From positions 1-64,000 of IMG/VR virus record IMGVR_UViG_3300036770_005084: a stretch of DNA of 64,000 bases. One strand, given 5' to 3'. Positions 37,124-47,475 of the stretch are shown in pieces (positions within the stretch are counted from its first letter, which is position 1; each line of letters starts with the position of its first letter). The translations under genes and the position numbers were made by a program. The stretch is from a virus. The notes under the pieces are model-generated. The model was not told the DNA's origin, did not search any database, and saw only the letters and a list, made by a program, of their open reading frames with translations.

Positions 37124-37408
37124 ATGAATAATAAAAAAACTTTTTCAGAATTTATGATTGAAGTTGCTGCTTGGCAAAGAAAAGAAGGGAAAAGTAAATC
37201 TGGTGGATTAAACGAAAAGAGAAGAAAATCGTATGAAAAAGAAAATCCTGGATCAGATTTGAAAGCACCATCAAAGAAAGTTGGGAATCCTCGTAGAGCA
37301 TCATTCTGTGCCAGAATGAGTGGGATGAAAAAAAAGTTAACCTCTAAAAAAACTGCGAACGATCCTAATTCTAGAATTAATAAATCACTAAGAGCTTGGA
37401 ATTGTTAA
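37124..37408 (+). CDS. Basic conserved cyanophage protein (RRASFCARM...SLRAWNC)
   Basis: Recognisable motif; located between gp16 and gp17. Confidence 0.8.
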   Translation: MNNKKTFSEFMIEVAAWQRKEGKSKSGGLNEKRRKSYEKENPGSDLKAPSKKVGNPRRASFCARMSGMKKKLTSKKTANDPNSRINKSLRAWNC

Positions 37409-37411
37409 TTT

Positions 37412-39064
37412 ATGAGCAATAAGAATGTATATCTTGGTAATCCATTATTAAAAAAAGCAAATACACAAATTCAATTTACTGCAGAGCAGATTGAGGAATT
37501 TGTAAAGTGCAGAAAAGACCCGGTATATTTTGCAAAAAACTATATTAAAATTGTAACCCTAGACCATGGATTACAACAATTTACACCATATGATTTTCAG
37601 GAAAATTTAATCGAAAATTTCCACAACAACCGATTCAACATTTGTAAGATGCCAAGGCAGACTGGTAAATCTACAACTGTTGTCTCTTATTTGTTGCATT
37701 ATGCTATTTTTAATGATAATGTAAATATTGCAATTCTAGCAAATAAAGCATCTACGGCAAGAGATCTTTTACAGAGATTGCAAACAGCATATGAAAATCT
37801 TCCAGATTGGTTACAGCAAGGTATAGTTGCTTGGAATAGGGGATCCATGGAATTGGATAATGGATCTAGAATTCTTGCTGCTTCAACTTCTGCATCTGCA
37901 GTTAGAGGTGGATCTTATAACATCATTTTCTTGGACGAATTTGCATTCGTTCAAAATCATTTAGCAGATGATTTCTTTGCTTCCGTTTATCCAACAATTT
38001 CATCAGGAACATCTACAAAAGTTATTATTGTTTCAACTCCACACGGTATGAATCATTTCTACCGTCTTTGGCACGATGCAGAACGTGGAAAGAATGAATA
38101 TGTCCCAACTGAAGTTCATTGGTCAGAAGTACCTGGAAGAGATGATAATTGGAAAGCACAAACCATTGCCAATACTTCGGAACAGCAGTTTAAGATTGAA
38201 TTTGAATGTGAATTTTTAGGGTCAGTAGATACATTAATTTCTCCAAGTAAACTAAAAAGTTTAGTATATGATAATCCAATAAAGAAAAATAAAGGTCTTG
38301 ATGTTTATGAAGATTCAGATTCTGAAAGAGATTATGTAGTTACTGTTGACGTTGCTAGAGGAGTCGGAAATGATTACTCTGCTTTTGTTGTTTTTGATAT
38401 TACCGAATTTCCACATAAAATTGTTGCAAAGTATAGAAATAATCAAATCAAACCAATGTTATTTCCATCGGTAATATATGAAGTAGCAAAGGCATATAAT
38501 AATGCGTTTATCTTATGTGAGGTAAATGATGTTGGTGATCAAGTAGCATCAATTATTCAATATGATCTAGAATATCAGAATTTACTTATGTGTTCTATGA
38601 GAGGAAGAGCAGGACAAATTGTTGGGCAAGGATTTTCTGGGAATAAAACTCAGTTAGGACTAAAGATGTCGAAAACTGTCAAGAAAATTGGTTGTATCAA
38701 CCTAAAAACTTTGATTGAAGAAAATAAATTAATATTTAATGATTACGAAATCATCAGTGAACTTACTACGTTTATTCAAAGACACAACTCATTTGAGGCA
38801 GAAGAAGGATGTAATGATGACTTAGCAATGTGTCTTGTAATTTATGCTTGGTTAGTTGCTCAAGATTACTTCAAAGAACTTACTGATCAAGATGTTAGGA
38901 AGAGATTATATGAAGAACAGAAAAATCAAATCGATCAAGATATGGCACCATTTGGGTTTATTTTAACTGGAATTGATGATGAAACTCATTTCAAAGATTC
39001 TGATGGAGATGTTTGGTTTGCAGATGAATATGGTGATCGTTCTTATATGTGGGAATATAGATAA
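37412..39064 (+). CDS. gp17: Terminase large subunit gp17
   Basis: YLGNPLLK, Walker A PRQTGKST, LDEFAFV, VDVARG, DDLAM. Confidence 0.97.
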   Translation: MSNKNVYLGNPLLKKANTQIQFTAEQIEEFVKCRKDPVYFAKNYIKIVTLDHGLQQFTPYDFQENLIENFHNNRFNICKMPRQTGKSTTVVSYLLHYAIFNDNVNIAILANKASTARDLLQRLQTAYENLPDWLQQGIVAWNRGSMELDNGSRILAASTSASAVRGGSYNIIFLDEFAFVQNHLADDFFASVYPTISSGTSTKVIIVSTPHGMNHFYRLWHDAERGKNEYVPTEVHWSEVPGRDDNWKAQTIANTSEQQFKIEFECEFLGSVDTLISPSKLKSLVYDNPIKKNKGLDVYEDSDSERDYVVTVDVARGVGNDYSAFVVFDITEFPHKIVAKYRNNQIKPMLFPSVIYEVAKAYNNAFILCEVNDVGDQVASIIQYDLEYQNLLMCSMRGRAGQIVGQGFSGNKTQLGLKMSKTVKKIGCINLKTLIEENKLIFNDYEIISELTTFIQRHNSFEAEEGCNDDLAMCLVIYAWLVAQDYFKELTDQDVRKRLYEEQKNQIDQDMAPFGFILTGIDDETHFKDSDGDVWFADEYGDRSYMWEYR

Positions 39065-39077
39065 AAAATCAAATATA

Positions 39078-39083
39078 TAAATA
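39078..39083 (+). promoter_or_regulatory. Representative gp55 late promoter (TAAATA); similar motifs precede gp25, gp8, gp13, gp15, gp20, ORF 46211, gp22, gp23 and gp3
   Basis: TAAATA recurs in the short intergenic gaps before structural genes. Confidence 0.7.
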
Positions 39084-39119
39084 CTTTTAGATCAAAATGA
39101 AGCAGTTAGAGGAGTCAAA

Positions 39120-41735
39120 ATGGCTTTAAGCTTATCATCTCCAGGGATTTCAATAAAGGAAGTAGATTTAACTCAAGGGTCAGTAGAATCAACTTCTTCA
39201 TTTGCTGCAGGAATCGTTGCACCATTTGCCAAGGGTCCTGTAGGAGAAGTTATAACAATAAGAAATGAAAACGAATTATTAAATACTTTTGGATCACCAT
39301 CAACAGAGGATTACCAATATGAATATTGGTACTCTGCATCAAACTACATGTCTTATGGTGGAAATCTACGTGTAGTTAGAGCAGATTCTACAAATTTGAA
39401 AAACTCAAATGCTGGTGTTGCAACAGATTTTGTTTCATTAAAAATCAAAAATAATGATGAATATGAAGCAGCAACTTCATATTCCTATTATTGGGCAGCA
39501 AAAAACCCTGGATATTGGTCAGATGGTATCAAGGTTTGTGTAATTGATAATTTTGCTGATCAGGTATTATCCGGAGTTGTTACAACTGGTCTTGATGTTG
39601 GATATGGAGTAACCCAAGCATTATCTTCTGGAAGTGGACACCTAAAAGGTATCATAACTGATATTGGAGAAGGTAGTATTAGTGTTAAAGTTACAAATAA
39701 AGTAATATCTAATGTAGAAACTACTCAAGATTATACAGAAAAGGGAATCTATTCATTTAATACTGCAGAACCAGTTTATATTGGTGATAATCTTGGTGTT
39801 GGATTAACAGCAGTCTCAGTTACTAGAAAGGCATTAGGAACTAATAATGCAACTATAATTGGAGCAGGAGTTTCATTCAATCTTTTACATTACGTTGGTC
39901 AGACTGAAGTTCAACTTGCGGGCGGAGATACATTTTTATCTTCGGAAGATTCATTCACAGTATCAAGTACCGTTGGAATAGATACTGGAAGAGTTATTTT
40001 AATTGGAACTGAACTGTTTCACATTAATTCATTTACCGGAAATACCATTGCAGTAAGAAATGGTGGTACTAGTTACAATGGATATGGGACAACTCAGACA
40101 AATCACTTTGATGGAGATACTGTAAAAATATTTACACTTACCACAGATTATACAGAATCATCACAGTCTGTGACCGCTTCTGATACGGTAATCCCAATAT
40201 CATTCTTAGGTGTTATTACAACTGACGACTACTTAATCAACAAGTCTTCAAATGAGATTATAAAAGTTAATGTTGCAAGTAATGTTGGATCACTTTCACC
40301 AAGTACTGCAGATGATTGGTACAATCAACAGTATTTACTAAGTACTGCAAATGGTGATAAACAGAATATTCTATGGAGATCTGTTGCTCCAAGACCAACT
40401 ACAAATAGATATGTAACTGATAGAGGTGGCAATAATGATGCACTTCATGTTGCAGTCATTGACAATACCAGAGCATCAAATAATGCCGGAGCAACACCAC
40501 AACAAGTATTGGAAATCTTCAGAAACTTATCAAAAGCAAAAGATGCTCAAGTTTCCCCATCACAAGATGTATATTATGTAAAATACTTAGCAGAAAATTC
40601 AAAATACATTTATGCTGGAACAACTCTAGCAACAGACTCTTATTGGGGAATTACTGAGGTTTCAACTGCATTCTCTAGTGGATTCACTCCAATATCAACA
40701 TCTATTAGTGGTTGGGGTCAGGATTCACTAGACACCAAGTTTAATAGTATTGGTAATAAATCATTTACAATTAGAGGTGGCAAAGATTACTCAACAGGTC
40801 TTGGACAAGCAACAAACGTTGGTGGGTATTCTGTACAACTTAGTGACATTACTAATTCATTAGAACTTCTTGTAAATACAAGTGAAGTAGATTTAAACTT
40901 CTTATTACAAGGAAGTGCTTCCGGATCAGATGATTTTGAACAATCTAGAGCAAATGCTTTAATCTCAATTGCAGACAGAAGAAAGGACTGTATTGCATTT
41001 ATATCACCATATAGAACATCAGTTGTTAACTCTAATTCGGATTCTCAAAAATTAAACAATATTTTAGAGTTCTTTACACCTTTAACATCTTCATCATATG
41101 CAGTATTTGATTCTGGATATCAGTATGTCTACGATAGATTTAACAAGGTATTTACTTACATGCCATGTTCTGCAGATGTTGCAGGGTTGTGCGTAAGGAC
41201 CGATGTTAATCAGTTCCCATGGTATTCTCCAGCAGGTAAGAATAGAGGAGCATTAAAGAATGTAGTAAAACTTGCATATAATCCTTCTCAGGATGATAGA
41301 GATCAACTTTATCAAAACAGAATAAATCCAATCATCACATACCCAGGTTCTGGAACAATCTTGTTTGGAGATAAAACTGCTCTTGGATACTCTTCAGCAT
41401 TTGATAGAATCAATGTTAGAAGATTGTTCATTACCATTGAAAAGGCAGTACGTGGTGCTGCTGATGATCAACTATTTGAGTTTAATGATGCTACAACAAG
41501 AGCAAACTTTATTAATATTGTTGAACCATATTTAAGAGATGTTCAAGCAAACAGAGGAATTACCGATTTCCTCTTAGTTTGTGATGAATCAAATAATACC
41601 CCCGACGTTATTGATCGTAATGAATTTATTGCAGATATCTATGTAAAACCAGCACGTTCAATTAACTATATTGGACTTACCTTCATTGCTACAAGAACTG
41701 GGGTATCCTTTGAAACCATTGTAGGAACCGTTTAA
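39120..41735 (+). CDS. gp18: Tail sheath protein gp18
   Basis: SPGISIKEVDLT, PWYSPAG, FDRINVRRLF, KPARSINYI. Confidence 0.96.
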   Translation: MALSLSSPGISIKEVDLTQGSVESTSSFAAGIVAPFAKGPVGEVITIRNENELLNTFGSPSTEDYQYEYWYSASNYMSYGGNLRVVRADSTNLKNSNAGVATDFVSLKIKNNDEYEAATSYSYYWAAKNPGYWSDGIKVCVIDNFADQVLSGVVTTGLDVGYGVTQALSSGSGHLKGIITDIGEGSISVKVTNKVISNVETTQDYTEKGIYSFNTAEPVYIGDNLGVGLTAVSVTRKALGTNNATIIGAGVSFNLLHYVGQTEVQLAGGDTFLSSEDSFTVSSTVGIDTGRVILIGTELFHINSFTGNTIAVRNGGTSYNGYGTTQTNHFDGDTVKIFTLTTDYTESSQSVTASDTVIPISFLGVITTDDYLINKSSNEIIKVNVASNVGSLSPSTADDWYNQQYLLSTANGDKQNILWRSVAPRPTTNRYVTDRGGNNDALHVAVIDNTRASNNAGATPQQVLEIFRNLSKAKDAQVSPSQDVYYVKYLAENSKYIYAGTTLATDSYWGITEVSTAFSSGFTPISTSISGWGQDSLDTKFNSIGNKSFTIRGGKDYSTGLGQATNVGGYSVQLSDITNSLELLVNTSEVDLNFLLQGSASGSDDFEQSRANALISIADRRKDCIAFISPYRTSVVNSNSDSQKLNNILEFFTPLTSSSYAVFDSGYQYVYDRFNKVFTYMPCSADVAGLCVRTDVNQFPWYSPAGKNRGALKNVVKLAYNPSQDDRDQLYQNRINPIITYPGSGTILFGDKTALGYSSAFDRINVRRLFITIEKAVRGAADDQLFEFNDATTRANFINIVEPYLRDVQANRGITDFLLVCDESNNTPDVIDRNEFIADIYVKPARSINYIGLTFIATRTGVSFETIVGTV

Positions 41736-41756
41736 TTTTAACAGGAGATTAGAGCA

Positions 41757-42377
41757 ATGCCTAGATTTTCAGAAAGAACAATCGACAGTTTTAAAACCCA
41801 GATGAAGGGTGGTGGTGCAAGAAGCAACCTATTTGAAGTAAGTTTTGGTAAGGAGCAAGGTGGTACTACATCTCCTGTTTTGGAGAATCTTGGTATTAAC
41901 CTTGAAAATAGTGATTTAATGTTGATCAAATCTGCAGGATTACCAGCATCAACAATTACTGAAATTCCTGTACCATTCAGGGGAAGAACTTTAAAAATTG
42001 CTGGTGATAGAACCTTCGATGTATGGACTATCACAGTAATTAATGATACAGACTTTAAGTGGAGAAGATTATTTGAAAGATGGATGAATTACATCACCAA
42101 AATTTCAGATGGAAGTGGAACAACAAATCCAGTTGATTACATGACCGAAATGAATGTTGTCCAACTATCAAGAGCACCAGGTGTTGGTCCAAATGTAAGA
42201 AATGATGGTGAAATTAATGTACTAAGAAAGTATGTTGTTCATGGTGTATTCCCAACAAATATAAGTCAAATTGACCTATCATATAATAATGAAAATGAAA
42301 TTGAAGAATTTACAGTTGACCTTCAAGTTCAGTATTGGGAAGCATACGATGAAAATAATAGAGATGATATTATCTGA
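41757..42377 (+). CDS. gp19: Tail tube protein gp19
   Basis: GGGARSNLFEV, FRGRTLKIAGDRTF, IEEFTV. Confidence 0.96.
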   Translation: MPRFSERTIDSFKTQMKGGGARSNLFEVSFGKEQGGTTSPVLENLGINLENSDLMLIKSAGLPASTITEIPVPFRGRTLKIAGDRTFDVWTITVINDTDFKWRRLFERWMNYITKISDGSGTTNPVDYMTEMNVVQLSRAPGVGPNVRNDGEINVLRKYVVHGVFPTNISQIDLSYNNENEIEEFTVDLQVQYWEAYDENNRDDII

Positions 42378-42410
42378 TAAATAATACATTAAACGGTTCT
42401 AAATTACACA

Positions 42411-44072
42411 ATGGCAAATCTTTTTGGGTTTTCGATTGAAGACAATAATAAACTTCCAAAAGGTGCAGTATCACCCGTCCCCGATAACAACGAGGACGGG
42501 GTTGATTACTATTTAACTAGTGGATTTTATGGTCAATATGTAGATATTGAAGGTGTATATAAAAATGAACATGATTTAGTTAGAAGATATCGTGAAATGG
42601 CACTTCACCCAGAATGTGATAGTGCCATTGAAAATGTCGTAAATGAGGCCATTGTTAGTGATCTAAATGATTCTCCAGTAGAAATAGAATTGAGTAATTT
42701 AAATTGTAGTGATTCTTTAAAAAAAATTATTAGAGAAGAATTTAAATATATAAAAGATCTTTTAGATTTTGATAAAAAATCTCATGAGATTTTTAAAAAT
42801 TGGTATATAGATGGTAGATTGTTATATCACAAAGTAATAGATCTAAAGAATCCTAGTGAAGGTATAAAGGATCTTAGATATATGGATGCCCTTAAAACCA
42901 AATTTGTTAGGCAAGAAAGAAAAGAAAAGAATAATAATCTGTCAAATTCTTATGTAAATTATTCAAATATGAATAATTTAACTGCATTTAAGGAACCAGT
43001 AATTGATGAATATTTTATATACTATCCTAGTGGTTCTGCTCAAAAGGCAAATTCAACTGTAAATGGAATTAAAATTTCAAAAGATTCTGTAGTATTTGTT
43101 CATTCTGGATTAGTAGATAGAAATCGTCAATTAATACTATCATATCTACACAAAGCAATTAAATCACTCAATCAACTAAGAATGATTGAGGATTCTCTTG
43201 TGATTTATAGATTGTCAAGAGCACCAGAAAGAAGAATATTTTACATCGATGTTGGCAATTTACCAAAAGTAAAGGCAGAACAATACTTAAGAGATGTAAT
43301 GTCTCGTTATAGAAACAAATTAGTTTATGATGCCAATACTGGTGAAATGCGTGATGATAAAAAATTTATGAGCATGATGGAAGATTTTTGGTTGCCAAGA
43401 CGTGAGGGTGGTAGGGGAACAGAAATCACTACACTTCCAGGTGGTCAAAATCTAGGTGAACTATCAGATGTTCAATATTTTCAAAAGAAGTTGTTTAGAT
43501 CTCTAAATGTACCAGAATCAAGAACTGCATCTGACGGCGGATTTAATCTTGGTAGATCCTCTGAAATACTCAGAGATGAATTAATGTTTGGTAAATTTGT
43601 AGGAAGATTAAGAAAACGGTTTAGTGCCTTATTTCATGATCTATTAAAAACTCAATTGGTATTGAAAAATATTGTTACCCCAGAAGATTGGGAGAAAATG
43701 AGTGACCATATTCAGTATGATTACTTATATGATGGTCATTTTGCAGAATTAAAAAATACTGAATTAATGAATGAAAGATTGAATTTAATGGTTGCAATTG
43801 AACCATACATTGGAAGATATTATTCAAAAGATTATGTTAGAAGAAAGATTCTTCGTCAAACTGATCAAGAAATAGTAGATGAAGATAAGATGATGAAAAA
43901 GGAAATTGAATCTGGAGAGTATCCGGATCCAAAATTAATGCCTCCGATTGGACCCGATGGACAACCAATCGATATGCAGGGGAATCAGATATTAGGAAAT
44001 GTTCCGATGGAACCAGATTTAAAGTCTGCCGATTCTGCTACTTCAATTAACAGCAAGGCTGCTGAGATATAA
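42411..44072 (+). CDS. gp20: Portal protein gp20
   Basis: RAPERRIFYIDVGNLP, EDFWLPRREGGRGTEI. Confidence 0.98.
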   Translation: MANLFGFSIEDNNKLPKGAVSPVPDNNEDGVDYYLTSGFYGQYVDIEGVYKNEHDLVRRYREMALHPECDSAIENVVNEAIVSDLNDSPVEIELSNLNCSDSLKKIIREEFKYIKDLLDFDKKSHEIFKNWYIDGRLLYHKVIDLKNPSEGIKDLRYMDALKTKFVRQERKEKNNNLSNSYVNYSNMNNLTAFKEPVIDEYFIYYPSGSAQKANSTVNGIKISKDSVVFVHSGLVDRNRQLILSYLHKAIKSLNQLRMIEDSLVIYRLSRAPERRIFYIDVGNLPKVKAEQYLRDVMSRYRNKLVYDANTGEMRDDKKFMSMMEDFWLPRREGGRGTEITTLPGGQNLGELSDVQYFQKKLFRSLNVPESRTASDGGFNLGRSSEILRDELMFGKFVGRLRKRFSALFHDLLKTQLVLKNIVTPEDWEKMSDHIQYDYLYDGHFAELKNTELMNERLNLMVAIEPYIGRYYSKDYVRRKILRQTDQEIVDEDKMMKKEIESGEYPDPKLMPPIGPDGQPIDMQGNQILGNVPMEPDLKSADSATSINSKAAEI

Positions 44073-44095
44073 ATAAATTTAAACTTGAGGTTTAT

Positions 44096-44263
44096 ATGGA
44101 ATCTAGTTACGAATTAATGGATATGATTATGTCCAGCAATAGTCCAGAGCAAATATCAGATAAAATTAAAGAGATTTTGTTTTCAAAATCTTCAGAAAAT
44201 ATTGAGTCAATAAGTCCCGCAGTTTCTTCTTCATTATTTGGAAATAATTCGGAGGATAGTTGA
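44096..44263 (+). CDS. Small prohead-core-like protein (55 aa, gp67/gp68 position)
   Basis: Hand-translated MESSYELMDMIM...SDKIKEILF; GAGG SD and TAAATA upstream. Confidence 0.7.
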   Translation: MESSYELMDMIMSSNSPEQISDKIKEILFSKSSENIESISPAVSSSLFGNNSEDS

Positions 44264-44266
44264 TCT

Positions 44267-44959
44267 GTGGAAGAAATCAACAAAGAATTAATTGATTTCT
44301 TCAAATTAGTAAAAGAAGAAAAGAAAGAAAAAAAAGAAAAAATTAACTCTATAATAGGTAATTCCTTTATTGAAGATTTCATAAATCCTTTGGTAAAAGA
44401 GTTAAACTCTAAAAATATCTCAACTGAAATAATAGTTGAAGATAAAATTGAAGAGTTATCCGAAGAAAAAACTCTAGTAGAAAAATCTTTAGGTCTTTTA
44501 TCTGAACCATCTTCGTCAAAGAATCAAAATGATCCATTAACTCCAATGGATCAAAATTTTGTAACATTAGATCAATTACAAAAGCACTATAAATTATTCT
44601 TAGAAAGAATACAGCAGCAACTTTCTACTTTAGGTGGAGGTGGTGAGGCAAACCTTACTTACATGGATGTCCCAATAACATCTGTTACTTCTTCTTTTTA
44701 TAGAATTAAACCACAAGATTATTATATTGGAGTGAATTATGTTGGAGCAGTTACTATTACTTTACCAAAAGCAGATAGAGAAGGAAAAATTTTTGTTGTT
44801 AAGGATGAATTGGGAGAAGCATCAAAAGGAACTAATAGATATATTACAATCTTACCAACAGGATCCGACTTAATTGATGGTAGAGATAGAGCAATTCTTG
44901 CTTATGATTATGGTTCACTTACGTTTGTTTGGAAAAGTAATTCCTGGAGGGTAATTTAA
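44267..44959 (+). CDS. Virion-associated / fibre-like hypothetical protein
   Basis: DPLTP...QQQLSTLGGGGE module plus a C-terminal beta domain (TITLP...VVKDE...ITI...IDG). Confidence 0.7.
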   Translation: MEEINKELIDFFKLVKEEKKEKKEKINSIIGNSFIEDFINPLVKELNSKNISTEIIVEDKIEELSEEKTLVEKSLGLLSEPSSSKNQNDPLTPMDQNFVTLDQLQKHYKLFLERIQQQLSTLGGGGEANLTYMDVPITSVTSSFYRIKPQDYYIGVNYVGAVTITLPKADREGKIFVVKDELGEASKGTNRYITILPTGSDLIDGRDRAILAYDYGSLTFVWKSNSWRVI

Positions 44960-46173
44960 TGTCACACTTATATGATCAGTCTCCATTAGGGAAAGGATTT
45001 AGTGGTGATTTGTTTGGAAGATTAAAAATATCTCAACCATACACTCTATTTGATTCATCTCATATATATTCTCAAGATGGAGATTTTAGTGATGTAATTA
45101 AAGGTATTGGTTCTGCCGTTGGAATAATTACTTCTCAAAGTACTGCAACATTAGGTATTGGATCAACTTCTGGTTGCTCTTATATTCGTGAAAGTAAAAG
45201 AGTATTTTCATATCAACCAGGAAAATCACTACAAGTCTTGCAAACTTTTGTAATGAATCCACCTAAAAATAATTTATTACAAAGAGTTGGATATGCATCA
45301 TCAGAAAATGGTGTGATGTTAGAACTCAATGGTTCTCAAATAAACATAATAAAGAGAACTGCAATTTCTGGAGTTGGAACTACTATATCAATTCCACAGT
45401 CTGAATGGAATCAAGACAAATTAGATGGTACTGGACCCAGTGGATATACCTTAGATATTACGAAAGCACAAATATTATTCTCAGAATACGAATGGTTGGG
45501 TGTTGGTTCTGTTAGAGTTGGATTTGCGATTGATGGTAAATTTATTATTGCTCACCAATTTGATCATGCAAATCATATAGACACAACATATATGACAACA
45601 GCAACTCTTCCAATTAGATATGAAATATTAAATACAGGAAATACTTCGTCACCATCATCAATGAAACAGATATGTGCATCTGTTCTTTCTAATGGTGGAT
45701 ATGAAAGATTAACCAAAAGAGATGTTGCAAGAAGATTAACTACTGTTTCTGTAGGTTCCACATCATTTGTTCCATTGGTAACTATTCGTCTTACTCCAGG
45801 AAGAGAAGATGCAATTATTCTTCCAAAATCATTTTCATTTTTAGGAAGTTCTGCGAACACATCAATTTTAGAGGTTGCTTGGATTCGTAATGGTACTATC
45901 AATGCAACAACTTGGGAATCTCTACAAGGAACACCAAATGCACAAAAAAATACTGATGCAACTACAATTACTGGTGGAACTATTATTTTAAATGATTTTG
46001 TTTCCTCTGCAAATAAATCAGATACTCCATTAAATGTGGAAAGTAATTATAATTGGGATTTACAATTGGGAAGAACTCAAGCAAAGGTAAGTGATACGAT
46101 TACACTAGCAGCAAGAGCAGTGACAGGTTCTGCAGATTGTATTGGTGGAATTACTTTTTACGATTTAACATAA
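44959..46173 (+). CDS. Putative virion structural protein
   Basis: DLFGRLKISQPYTLFDS, YQPGKS, EWLGVGSVRVGF; beta-rich composition. Confidence 0.7.
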   Translation: MSHLYDQSPLGKGFSGDLFGRLKISQPYTLFDSSHIYSQDGDFSDVIKGIGSAVGIITSQSTATLGIGSTSGCSYIRESKRVFSYQPGKSLQVLQTFVMNPPKNNLLQRVGYASSENGVMLELNGSQINIIKRTAISGVGTTISIPQSEWNQDKLDGTGPSGYTLDITKAQILFSEYEWLGVGSVRVGFAIDGKFIIAHQFDHANHIDTTYMTTATLPIRYEILNTGNTSSPSSMKQICASVLSNGGYERLTKRDVARRLTTVSVGSTSFVPLVTIRLTPGREDAIILPKSFSFLGSSANTSILEVAWIRNGTINATTWESLQGTPNAQKNTDATTITGGTIILNDFVSSANKSDTPLNVESNYNWDLQLGRTQAKVSDTITLAARAVTGSADCIGGITFYDLT

Positions 46174-46210
46174 CGATCTTATAAATAACTAATATAAGAT
46201 TTTTGCACCA

Positions 46211-46774
46211 ATGTATGTTTTTAAGGTAGTACAAAATGTACCAGATTTGAGTGTATCTGTTGGATCTGCTGTTACCACTGATTATATTTCATTAAAAACT
46301 GGATATTTGGCAATAAGTGCTGAAGTTGGATGTTATATTGAAGTTGGAAATTCACCTTCTATCAGTACGACATCATCATCTACTTGGGTATCTACAAATG
46401 AAACTTTTGTATTTAAAGATAGTGCCGCATCTAATAAAATTGTTGGGGTAACTACTGGAGCAACTACTATATTAGATTTTCCAGAAGGAACTGGATGTCC
46501 AGTTTCAGTTGGAGACATTGTTTCAGTTTCTGGGGTATATCCTGTCGGAATCAATACAACGAACGCATTGGTGACTGAACTTACTAATGGAATAGGTGCT
46601 GGTGGATTTAGAACTTCAAGAATTATTTTAGATTATGATACTTCATCTGTGGTTGGAGTTATAACCACTACAGAAAATGCTGAGATTAGAAGAGCAGTTA
46701 GAATTGCTGCTCAGGCATCAAGTTCCGGTGGAACAGTACATATAACAGAAGTTCAATTAGCAACTGGCGGATAA
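46211..46774 (+). CDS. Conserved cyanophage hypothetical protein upstream of gp21
   Basis: ORF track; late TAAATA motif upstream. Confidence 0.75.
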   Translation: MYVFKVVQNVPDLSVSVGSAVTTDYISLKTGYLAISAEVGCYIEVGNSPSISTTSSSTWVSTNETFVFKDSAASNKIVGVTTGATTILDFPEGTGCPVSVGDIVSVSGVYPVGINTTNALVTELTNGIGAGGFRTSRIILDYDTSSVVGVITTTENAEIRRAVRIAAQASSSGGTVHITEVQLATGG

Positions 46775-46775
46775 A

Positions 46776-47426
46776 ATGAAATTAATCACAGAAGAGATAG
46801 AATCAGTAGAAATAATCACTGAAGAAAAAAATGGTGTGAAAACACTATATATTCAAGGTCCATTTTTACAAGCAGAAGTAACTAATAGAAATGGTAGAAA
46901 CTATCCAAAAACAATTTTAGAACGTGAAGTAAACAGATATTATACTAATTTTATTTCTAAAGGTAGAGCATTGGGTGAACTAGGTCATCCAGATGGACCT
47001 ACTGTTAATTTGGATCGTGTTTCACATATGATTACAAGTCTTCATTCTGAAGGCAATAACTTTATTGGAAAAGCTAAGATTTTAGATACTCCAATGGGAA
47101 ATATTGCAAAGTCTTTATTGGGTGAAGGTGTAACCCTCGGGGTTTCTTCAAGAGGAATTGGTTCTTTAGTTGAAAGAAATGGAATCAAATATGTTGGTGA
47201 AGATTTCATGCTTGCCACTGCTGCTGATATCGTAGCAGATCCATCCGCACCTGATGCTTTTGTTCAGGGTATTATGGAAGGGAAAGAATGGGTATGGGAT
47301 GGAGGAATTTTAAAGGAGACCAGTGCTGAAGAGTCAAGAAAAGCAATTGAAAGATTGTCTAGACAAAAAAGATTAAATGAGGAGAATAAACTCAAATTAT
47401 TCTCCAAATATCTTTCAAATCTATAA
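46776..47426 (+). CDS. gp21: Prohead protease gp21
   Basis: ALGELGHP, VSSRGIGS, DIVADPSAPDA. Confidence 0.96.
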   Translation: MKLITEEIESVEIITEEKNGVKTLYIQGPFLQAEVTNRNGRNYPKTILEREVNRYYTNFISKGRALGELGHPDGPTVNLDRVSHMITSLHSEGNNFIGKAKILDTPMGNIAKSLLGEGVTLGVSSRGIGSLVERNGIKYVGEDFMLATAADIVADPSAPDAFVQGIMEGKEWVWDGGILKETSAEESRKAIERLSRQKRLNEENKLKLFSKYLSNL

Positions 47427-47475
47427 TTTATAAATAAATATAGAATAAATTAAAGATTTTATTCGGAGAATAAAA

